DNA of 39,290 nt. Origin: an uncultured Desulfovibrionaceae bacterium. Its GTDB lineage: Bacteria > Desulfobacterota > Desulfovibrionia > Desulfovibrionales > Desulfovibrionaceae. Shown one piece after another: positions 32,084 through 39,290 of this stretch. The notes under the pieces are model-generated. The model made no database searches and was not told the origin of the DNA. It worked only from the letters and a program-made list of their open reading frames with translations. The translations under genes were made by a program, and so were the position numbers. Each line of letters begins with the position of its first letter. The stretch's first letter is position 1. The stretch is taken from contig CBDTYX010000001.1 in the NCBI GenBank assembly GCA_965364745.1, positions 1 to 39,290 on the forward strand, in the 5' to 3' direction.

Positions 32084-33742
32084 ATGAGCGAACCTGAATT
32101 TAAATTGAGGGAATTTACCCTGGGGCAGATTTTGGACAATACGGTGGCCAGGTTTCCGGATACTGACGCGGTGATCTATGTGGACCGCGACTACCGCCAG
32201 ACCTGGTCGGAATTTAAATACGCGGTGGATGAACTGGCCAAGGGACTGATGGGCCTGGGCGTTAAAAAAGGCGACAAGGTGGCCCTGTGGGCCAACAACG
32301 TGCCCTACTGGGTGACCTTGATGTTCGCCACGGCCAAAATCGGGGCCATTTTGCTCACCGTAAACACCAACTACCGCGAGAATGAGCTGGCCTACCTGCT
32401 CAAGCAGTCGGAAACCGAGAACCTGTTTATCATCGACGGCTATCGTGACCACGACTATTTGCAGACCGTGTATGAGTTGATTCCGGAACTGAAGACCCTG
32501 CCGCGCGGGCAGCTGAAGACCGAGAGGTTTCCGCATTTGAGAAGGGTCATGTTCCTGGGCATGGAAAAACACCGCGGGCTGTATTCCCTGCCTGAGATCA
32601 TCGCCATGGGCGACATGATTTCCGATGAGGAATATAAGATCCAGCAGGATTCGGTCTCTCCGGACGATGTGGTCAACATGCAGTATACTTCCGGGACCAC
32701 GGGCTTCCCCAAGGGGGTAATGCTCACCCACCTGAATATCGGCAACAACGGCTACTGGATCGGCTATCACCAGGGCTTTACCGACAAAGACCGTTTGTGC
32801 GTGCCCGTGCCGCTGTTTCACTGCTTCGGCTGCGTGCTGGCGGTTATGTCCTGCGTCAATCACGGCAGCACTCTGGTTATTTTAGAGAACTTCAACCCTC
32901 TGCATGTTATGGCCTCAATTACCCAGGAGCGCTGCACCGCCGTATACGGGGTGCCGACCATGTTCCTGTCGGTGATGGACCACAAGTTGTTTGACCGCTT
33001 TGACTTCAGCACTCTGCGCACCGGCATCATGGCCGGCTCGGTTTGCCCGGAGCCGCTGATGCGCCGGGCCATTGAAAAAATGAACATGCGCGAGGTGACC
33101 ATTGTTTATGGGTTGACCGAATCCTCGCCGGGCATGACCCAAACGAGAGCCAATGATTCTCTGGACATCCGGGTTAAAACCGTGGGCTGCGCCATGCCGG
33201 GCGTGGAAGTCAAAATCGCCGATCCGGAAACCTGCGAAGAGCTGCCGCGCGGCCAGCAGGGCGAAGTCATGTGTCGGGGCTACCTGGTTATGAAGGGCTA
33301 CTATAACATGCCCGAAGCCACGGCCGAGGCCATCACTCCGGACGGCTGGCTGCATTCCGGCGATTTGGGCGAAATGGACGAAAACGGTTATGTGCGCATC
33401 ACCGGCCGGATCAAGGACATGATTATCCGGGGCGGCGAAAACGTGTACCCGCGCGAGATCGAGGAATACATCTACGGCATGGAAGGCGTGCAGGACGTGC
33501 AGGTGGTGGGCGTGCCCAGCCGTAAATACGGAGAAGAAGTGGGCGCGTTCATCATTCCCAAGCCGGGTTACGATATTCGGCCTGAAGATGTGCGCGATTT
33601 CTGCCGTGGCCATATCGCCTGGTATAAAATTCCCCGTTATGTGGCTTGCGTGCAGGAGTACCCCCTGACCGCCAGCGGCAAGATCATGAAATACAAACTG
33701 CGCGAACTGGCCGGGGAGCTGTTCCCCGAAGCCATGCAATAG
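32084..33742 (+). CDS. AMP-dependent acyl-CoA synthetase/ligase
   Basis: The AMP-binding motif is MQYTSGTTGFPKGVMLTH. Other motifs are YGLTESSP, GWLHSGDLG, ITGRIKDMIIRGGENVYPREIEE and SGKIMKYKLR. Confidence 0.85.
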   Translation: MSEPEFKLREFTLGQILDNTVARFPDTDAVIYVDRDYRQTWSEFKYAVDELAKGLMGLGVKKGDKVALWANNVPYWVTLMFATAKIGAILLTVNTNYRENELAYLLKQSETENLFIIDGYRDHDYLQTVYELIPELKTLPRGQLKTERFPHLRRVMFLGMEKHRGLYSLPEIIAMGDMISDEEYKIQQDSVSPDDVVNMQYTSGTTGFPKGVMLTHLNIGNNGYWIGYHQGFTDKDRLCVPVPLFHCFGCVLAVMSCVNHGSTLVILENFNPLHVMASITQERCTAVYGVPTMFLSVMDHKLFDRFDFSTLRTGIMAGSVCPEPLMRRAIEKMNMREVTIVYGLTESSPGMTQTRANDSLDIRVKTVGCAMPGVEVKIADPETCEELPRGQQGEVMCRGYLVMKGYYNMPEATAEAITPDGWLHSGDLGEMDENGYVRITGRIKDMIIRGGENVYPREIEEYIYGMEGVQDVQVVGVPSRKYGEEVGAFIIPKPGYDIRPEDVRDFCRGHIAWYKIPRYVACVQEYPLTASGKIMKYKLRELAGELFPEAMQ

Positions 33743-33781
33743 CCCCCTGCACCGGATGAGTTTGGCGAAAGAGAAAGAACA

Positions 33782-35290
33782 ATGGCCTTTTTCAGCAAAA
33801 TAAAAAAACTGTGGGGCGCGGAAGACAGCGCGGCTGCTCAACCGATTTCGGCTGAGCCTGAGGCGGCAAGGACGGAAGAGGGCGATGTTTCCCCCAAGGT
33901 GGAGGCGGACTTGGCCGAGCAAAGCGCCCTGGTTTCTTCGGCTGCAACCGTGCAGACTGAGGTTGCTTTCGCATCGCCTGAAAGCGCTCCGGCGCCTCAG
34001 GACAGCGCAGCAACGTCGGTTGGGCCGAAAAGCGCTCCGGCCGCGCCCGGTGAACCGGAAAGTGTTTCGGATCAGGAGGGGTGGCGAGCTGACCTTCTGG
34101 CCGCCCTGCGCGAGCCCGAGCCACGCATTTCCCGCTGGCTGGACATTATTTTGCGGGATACGCCCGAGGCCGGGCCTGAGCTTTGGGCACGGCTGAGTTT
34201 TCTTTTTGCCGCCCTGGATGTTTCGCCCGGCGAGGCTGAAGCTTTTATCGCGGATATCCGGGATTGGCTGGGCAAAACCGGCATGAACGCCACGGCGGAT
34301 TTTCGCTCCGACCTGCAATACCGCCTGGCTCTGGCCCTGGATATGGAAGAAGCTCCGGATGAGAAAAAACGTTTTTGGCACAAGCTCTTCCAAGGATTGG
34401 CCCGGACGCGCAACAGCATCACCGGCGGTTTTTATGAGCTGTTTAACGGGCCTGGCGAGCTGGACGACGCCTTTTGGGATGAGCTTGAGGAGCTTTTAAT
34501 CACCGCCGATGTGGGCATGGAAGCGGCAGGCATCCTGCTCGACCGCCTGAAAAATGAAGCGCGCAAAAGCGGCGCGGCCTCGCGTCTGGATATTGAGGCC
34601 TTGTTTATTGCCGAGATCAGCGCCATCTTTAAGCCCCACCGCAGCCTGAAAGCGATGGAGCGTCCGGAAGTGGTGCTGATGGTCGGAGTTAACGGCGCGG
34701 GCAAAACCACGACCATTGCCAAATTGGCTTATCGGGCCAAATTGCAGGGCCGCAAAGTGCTTCTCGCCGCGGCGGATACTTTTAGGGCCGCGGCCATTGA
34801 GCAGCTTGAAACCTGGGCTGGCCGGGTGGGCGTGGGTTTTCACGCCAAAGCGCCCGGCGACGATCCGGCGGCGGTGGCCTTTGAGGCCATGGATCGGGCC
34901 GCGCAGGAAGGCGCGGACCTGGTGTTTGTGGATACGGCCGGTCGCTTGCAAACCAAGACCAACCTTATGGAAGAACTGGCCAAGATCAATCGGACTTTGA
35001 ACAAAAAAATGCCGGGCGCGCCGCATCGCTGCGTGCTGGTGCTGGACGCCACCACCGGCCAGAATGCTCTGTCGCAGGTCAAGCTGTTTAATGAAGCCTC
35101 CGGGGTGGATGAAATCATTTTGTCCAAACTGGACGGCACGGCCAAAGGCGGCGTCGCCGTGGGCATCGCCCTTCAGTTCGGCATCCCCATTTCTTTTATC
35201 GGCCTGGGCGAGAAAATGGAAGATTTACGCCCCTTTGATCCGCAAACTTTCGCCAAGGCCCTGCTCGGCTTGGATGCGCCCGGGGCGTAA
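33782..35290 (+). CDS. ftsY: signal recognition particle receptor FtsY with a long acidic N-terminal domain
   Basis: The NG domain shows GVNGAGKTTTIAKLA, DTFRAAAIEQL, DTAGRLQ, SKLDGTAKGG and FIGLGEKMEDL. Confidence 0.9.
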   Translation: MAFFSKIKKLWGAEDSAAAQPISAEPEAARTEEGDVSPKVEADLAEQSALVSSAATVQTEVAFASPESAPAPQDSAATSVGPKSAPAAPGEPESVSDQEGWRADLLAALREPEPRISRWLDIILRDTPEAGPELWARLSFLFAALDVSPGEAEAFIADIRDWLGKTGMNATADFRSDLQYRLALALDMEEAPDEKKRFWHKLFQGLARTRNSITGGFYELFNGPGELDDAFWDELEELLITADVGMEAAGILLDRLKNEARKSGAASRLDIEALFIAEISAIFKPHRSLKAMERPEVVLMVGVNGAGKTTTIAKLAYRAKLQGRKVLLAAADTFRAAAIEQLETWAGRVGVGFHAKAPGDDPAAVAFEAMDRAAQEGADLVFVDTAGRLQTKTNLMEELAKINRTLNKKMPGAPHRCVLVLDATTGQNALSQVKLFNEASGVDEIILSKLDGTAKGGVAVGIALQFGIPISFIGLGEKMEDLRPFDPQTFAKALLGLDAPGA

Positions 35291-35303
35291 TCCCCGTAAA
35301 GGC

Positions 35304-35891
35304 ATGGTCATGGACAAGTCCGCTTTACGCAAAATGCTTCTGGCCCGGCGGGCGGCCCTGTCGGCGGAAGAAGCCGCCCGATTGTCCCGCCTGATTCAAG
35401 GCCACATCCTGGCGAGCGAGGCCTGGCAAAATGCCCGGCAAGTTGTGCTGTACAGCGCCATCCGCAATGAAGCGGATACCGGCCTGTTGTTTGCCGATGC
35501 TTTGGCCGGTAAGAAGCAGGCGCTTTTTCCCCGCTGCCTGCCGGGCAAAACCGGCATTATGGAGCTGGCGGCATGTCCCGGGCCTGAAGTTATGCGACCC
35601 GGCGTTTTCGGCATTCTGGAGCCGGACCCGGCCCTTTGCCCGGCCCTGTCCGGCGCGGACCTGCATCCGGATATCGTGATCACGCCGGGCGTGGGGTTTG
35701 ACCGGCACGGCGGGCGGCTGGGCTATGGCGCGGGCTATTATGACCGAATTTTACAAGGTTCGGAATTTAAAAACGCCTATCTGATAGGTGCGGCATACGC
35801 CTTTCAGTTGGTGGAGAGTGTTTATTCCGACGCCTGGGATCACCGCCTTGATGCTGTAGCCGTTGAGAACGGCATCATTATTTCCGCATAA
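35304..35891 (+). CDS. 5-formyltetrahydrofolate cyclo-ligase
   Basis: The protein contains KSALRKMLLARR..LS.EE, VVLYSAIRNEADT, GILEP, VITPGVGFDRHGGRLGYGAGYYDR and DAWDHRLD. The start could be 35304 or 35310. Confidence 0.8.
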   Translation: MVMDKSALRKMLLARRAALSAEEAARLSRLIQGHILASEAWQNARQVVLYSAIRNEADTGLLFADALAGKKQALFPRCLPGKTGIMELAACPGPEVMRPGVFGILEPDPALCPALSGADLHPDIVITPGVGFDRHGGRLGYGAGYYDRILQGSEFKNAYLIGAAYAFQLVESVYSDAWDHRLDAVAVENGIIISA

Positions 35892-36100
35892 CATCGGAAA
35901 AGTGTCTTAAACGCGCAGGCTGCGACGGACTTAAGCAGTAGTCAAAAAGATGCAAAAAGTCGTTGATTTTTTGCATCTGCAAGGCTATGTCCTGCATAGT
36001 GCCCATGCACCCCTGGAAATCCGCCTTATGGGTTCTGCCCGTAAGGCCTTCATACATATAGTGTTGAGGGGATTTTAAAAATATTATTTGAGAGGTACAC

Positions 36101-37000
36101 ATGAATTTCTTTTCACGCACTTTAGCATTGGTGATCCTGGTGCTGGCTTTGAGTATTTTCGCCGGGGGATTTAAGGCGTTTGCTCAGCCCGTGGATGAAG
36201 GAGAAGAAGGCGTCGCGCAAGAAACCATGAGCGAAGCCGAACGGCAGTATCGCAATATTTCTTGGCAAGGACCCGGCACCGACGCCCGTTTGGGCTCGGA
36301 AGCCCATATTGTCATCCCGGACGGCTACCGCTTTACCGGCCGCGAGGGCACGCAAACCCTGATGCAGCTTTACGGCAACCTGCTGACCCAGTGGGAACAG
36401 GGCTACATTGAGCCTGAGGATGAGAATGAGGGCTGGTTTGTGGTTTTTGAATATGAAGACTCCGGCCATATTAAAGACGATGAAAAAAGCGACCTTGACG
36501 CGGACGCGATCATGGAAAGCTTTAAGGAAGGCGACAAGGCCTCCAACGAAGAACGCAAGAGAATGGGCCTGCCCGCCTTGAACACCGTGGGCTGGCTGGT
36601 GCCGCCTTACTACAACGATAAAACCCACAACCTGGAATGGGCCCTTCTGCTTGAGTCCGAAGGCCAGCAGAACGTCAACTACAACGTGCGCCTTTTGGGC
36701 CGGGAAGGCATCATGCATGTGACCGTGGTTACGGGCACGGAAGAGTTTGAAGAAGTGCGCGACAAGATTCCCGCCATGCTGGAAAGCTTTGCCTTCAACC
36801 CCGGCCGTACTTACGCGGAATATAAGGAAGGCGATAAGTTGGCTGACTACGGCCTCATGGCCCTTTTGGGCGTGGGCGCCGTGGGCGTGGCCGCCACTGT
36901 GTTCAGCAAGTTCGGCAAAGTTATCTTTGTGGGCATCGCCGCCGCCATTGGCGGTGTGATTGCCTTCTTCCGCAGACTGTTCGGCAAAAAAGACAAATAA
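36101..37000 (+). CDS. DUF2167-family membrane-anchored protein
   Basis: A signal/anchor is followed by ISWQGPG, GYIKDDE-like GHIKDDEKSDLDADAIMESFKEG, NEERKRMGLPALNTVGWLVPPYYD-like, VNYNVRLLGREG and YAEYKEGDKLADYGLMALLG, plus a C-terminal TM segment. Confidence 0.75.
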   Translation: MNFFSRTLALVILVLALSIFAGGFKAFAQPVDEGEEGVAQETMSEAERQYRNISWQGPGTDARLGSEAHIVIPDGYRFTGREGTQTLMQLYGNLLTQWEQGYIEPEDENEGWFVVFEYEDSGHIKDDEKSDLDADAIMESFKEGDKASNEERKRMGLPALNTVGWLVPPYYNDKTHNLEWALLLESEGQQNVNYNVRLLGREGIMHVTVVTGTEEFEEVRDKIPAMLESFAFNPGRTYAEYKEGDKLADYGLMALLGVGAVGVAATVFSKFGKVIFVGIAAAIGGVIAFFRRLFGKKDK

Positions 37001-37027
37001 CGAGCATGAACTAACCGGCTTTTAAAC

Positions 37028-37078
37028 AACCAACCTTCCACGCCCCGCTATGCGGCGTGGAAGGTTGGTTCACTTTTT
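37028..37078 (+). terminator. strong rho-independent terminator
   Basis: Perfect 17-bp arms aaccaaccttccacgcc (37028-37044) and ggcgtggaaggttggtt (37054-37070) are followed by cacttttt. Confidence 0.8.
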
Positions 37079-37089
37079 GGGGCAAAGGC

Positions 37090-38262
37090 ATGGGAGAGAT
37101 TGAGACTCTATTTGTGCTCCTGGGCATTGTTTATCTTGTGGAGTGCTGCGTGCTCGCGGATAAAAACGCCCTGGTCTTTTCGCCCGCGCCGTTCACGCAG
37201 CAGCTCAGAAAAGGACTTGCCCTCACACTGCGCAGTGTGCTGGTCTTTTTAAACCCCATCCCGTTTTTCGCCACAGTCAACATCAGCCATCCGGAGCCGG
37301 TCTCCTTAAGTATCCGGGGGGTGGCGCTGTATAACTCTTTGTTGCATGACCGCGCCCATTTAGGCGCCGCCGGCGAAAATTTCATCGCTTATGCGGATAT
37401 TGCGCGGCTTGACGTTAAGGGCGCCCGGCTGCGCATTAACGAGCGCGAATTTGTCTGCGCCGATTCGGTTCAGGCCGCGCAAATGGCCGCGGACATAGAA
37501 AGGCTGATGACTTTGCGCAAAAGTCGGCTGTATGCCGGCGACGCCCTGGATAAAGCCGTGGAGAACGAGTTGCGCGGCATATTTTCCGGCCGGCTGAATC
37601 TGGGCGCGGCACGGCAAAGACGGCGCGAGGTAGCGCGGCGCACGCTGCCGCCCGCCGCTTTCGCCACGCTGATGCTCTTGCATCTTTTTGCGATTATGCC
37701 CGTGGGCTTGCTCCTCAGCACATCCCGGCTGGTTTGGCTCATTTTGACCCTGGTGTTTCTGGCCTTGCATTTTTTAACGGCGTTTTGCTTTTGGTACAGC
37801 CATCGCAAGCTTTACCCCGCCGACAGCGAGGGGCGCTTGAAAAAAATGATTGCCGTGCTGTTTAATCCCTTTGCCTCCATGGGTTGTCCCAGGCAGCTTA
37901 CCCGGGACGGCCTTGCGGGGTTTCATCCCATGCTGGCAGGCTATGTGCTGCTGCGGGGCAGCGGGCGGCGGACTTTTATGCACCGCGCCTGGTCAAGGCT
38001 TGCCTATAATACTTTTCCTAACTATGGAGACGCACAGGCCCGCGACCAGTTGGCCATGCACAATCGCCTGCTGATGGCTGAAGCGGCGCGAGCTTTGGCC
38101 GAAGACGGGGCGGCGGCGGAAGAATTGTTGCTTAAACCGCCGTTTGACCCCACGGCGCACAGCTACTGTCCCATTTGTTTGCTGCAATACACCGCGGAAG
38201 GCGATGAATGCCTGTATTGTCTGGGAGTGCCGCTGCACAAGGCGGAGCCTCCCCGCCGCTAG
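37090..38262 (+). CDS. membrane protein of unknown function with a C-terminal CxxC...CxxC zinc-ribbon-like motif
   Basis: ATG 37090 lies downstream of the terminator, whereas the GTG 37057 start in the ORF track lies inside the hairpin. TM segments occur at the N-terminus and around LMLLHLFAIMPVGLLL / LVWLILTLVFLALHFLTAFCFW. The C-terminus reads YCPICLLQYTAEGDECLYC. Confidence 0.6.
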   Translation: MGEIETLFVLLGIVYLVECCVLADKNALVFSPAPFTQQLRKGLALTLRSVLVFLNPIPFFATVNISHPEPVSLSIRGVALYNSLLHDRAHLGAAGENFIAYADIARLDVKGARLRINEREFVCADSVQAAQMAADIERLMTLRKSRLYAGDALDKAVENELRGIFSGRLNLGAARQRRREVARRTLPPAAFATLMLLHLFAIMPVGLLLSTSRLVWLILTLVFLALHFLTAFCFWYSHRKLYPADSEGRLKKMIAVLFNPFASMGCPRQLTRDGLAGFHPMLAGYVLLRGSGRRTFMHRAWSRLAYNTFPNYGDAQARDQLAMHNRLLMAEAARALAEDGAAAEELLLKPPFDPTAHSYCPICLLQYTAEGDECLYCLGVPLHKAEPPRR

Positions 38263-38268
38263 GCGAGC

Positions 38269-39288
38269 TCACATGGCGTTTTTGGTCTGAACCAGCGCCC
38301 CCGGCGTTTTGGCCAGAATGTAAATATCAAACCAGACCGACCAGTTTCGGATGTAATAAGTATCAAGCTCCACGCGCCTTGTGTAGCTGAGCCGGCTGCG
38401 GCCGGAAACCTGCCACAGCCCGGTCAGGCCCGGCCGGACCCGGCAATAGAACTCAAAAGCATCGCCGTATCTCTTGATTTCATCCGAGATAATGGGCCGC
38501 GGGCCCACCAGGCTCAAGTCGCCGCGCAGCACATTCCAGAGCTGGGGCAGCTCATCCAGGCTGGCGCGTCGGATAAACGCGCCTATTTTGGTGATGCGCG
38601 GGTCATACTCCAGTTTTTGCCTGGCGCGCCATTCCTCAGCCAGGTCAGGGCGGGACGCAAGGTAGTCGTCCAAAACCTTGTCGGCCTCGGGCACCATGGT
38701 TCTGAATTTCAAAATGTTTATGGTTTTGCCGTGCCTGCCGATGCGCTGCTGACGGTAAAAAACCGGCCCGTTATCTTCGCGTTTGATAAGCATGGCTAAA
38801 ACCAGCCAGACAGGCAGGGCGAAGACAAGCGCCAGGCAGCTTAAGATAAAATCAAGACAGCGCTTGATGCGTTGGCGGGTGGGATCCAGCAGTTTTTGGT
38901 GTGTTTCCAGGGCAATATGCTGGCCGATGTCCGTGCTGGTCACCCACAGGTGCAGGGGGCCCAGAAAGGAGAAAACAAAGAGGGTTTTGGCGAAATTTCG
39001 GGTAAGCTGTTTGACTATTTCCTGATTCTCTTTGTTGATGGCGTCAAGCGCAAGCAGCGCATAGGGGCGTCCGGGCAGTTTGGACATTTCCAACAGGTCG
39101 CTAAATTCGCAATGCGGCAGGCCGGCGGTTTTGGCTCCACCGTTCAACGCGCACAGGGCAATGGGTTTAAGTCCGATTTCGGGTTCTGACTTCAAGCGGG
39201 TGTACAGATCTTCTGTGGCTGCTGAATCGCCGCAAATAACCACATTGTGCCCCCACCAGGGGCGGCTGGCGAAGTAACGGCGGGCCAA
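38269..39288 (-). CDS. polyprenyl-phosphate glycosyl-1-phosphate transferase (bacterial sugar transferase family), N-terminus beyond the window
   Basis: The C-terminal catalytic domain shows KRCLDFILSCLALV, GPVFYRQQRIGRHGKTINILKFRTM, DELPQLWNVLRGDLSLVGPRP and GLTGLWQVSGRS. The ORF is open to the window edge. Confidence 0.85.
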   Translation of the reverse strand: MARRYFASRPWWGHNVVICGDSAATEDLYTRLKSEPEIGLKPIALCALNGGAKTAGLPHCEFSDLLEMSKLPGRPYALLALDAINKENQEIVKQLTRNFAKTLFVFSFLGPLHLWVTSTDIGQHIALETHQKLLDPTRQRIKRCLDFILSCLALVFALPVWLVLAMLIKREDNGPVFYRQQRIGRHGKTINILKFRTMVPEADKVLDDYLASRPDLAEEWRARQKLEYDPRITKIGAFIRRASLDELPQLWNVLRGDLSLVGPRPIISDEIKRYGDAFEFYCRVRPGLTGLWQVSGRSRLSYTRRVELDTYYIRNWSVWFDIYILAKTPGALVQTKNAM

Positions 39289-39290
39289 GC

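Noticed and set aside
32915-34393. A 492-aa minus-strand ORF (also 32072..32863, 34496..35026).
   Set aside because: It is antisense to the acyl-CoA synthetase and ftsY, both of which have full signature motifs.

Overview
This is a chromosomal segment of about 60% GC, probably from a Desulfovibrio-like sulfate reducer. That assignment is an inference from a complete qrcABCD quinone-reductase operon, sigma54-type flagellar promoters and codon style. I support about 40 features.

Left to right, the window holds:
- a DUF3300-like tail plus a DUF2950 secreted pair;
- a decayed Fe-S/[FeFe]-hydrogenase-like pseudogene;
- an APA-family amino-acid antiporter;
- a four-gene cluster: coiled-coil protein, Roadblock-like/BON/OmpA membrane protein, Ras-like small GTPase, GGDEF cyclase;
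- a threonine-aldolase-family enzyme;
- tRNA-Ser(UGA);
- a hybrid histidine kinase with a Cys-rich PAS-like domain;
- rmlC followed by qrcABCD;
- tRNA-Val(CAC) followed by a Phd/ParE toxin-antitoxin pair;
- four secreted proteins of unknown function, three of them tandem paralogs, one of which is decaying;
- a translationally coupled MBL-hydrolase/GIY-YIG pair;
- a TPR protein;
- the flagellar operon flgB-flgC-fliE-fliF-fliG-fliH-fliI;
- a ThiS-like/TtuA-like sulfur-carrier cassette bounded by short repeats;
- an XRE-cupin regulator, an acyl-CoA synthetase, ftsY and a 5-formyl-THF cyclo-ligase;
- a DUF2167 protein, an unknown membrane zinc-ribbon protein and a truncated polyprenyl-phosphate sugar transferase.

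I saw no CRISPR array, integrase, transposase or rRNA. The best candidate for an uncharacterised system is the small-GTPase cluster at 4079-8370. All functional calls rest on motif recognition by eye. No database search was run.
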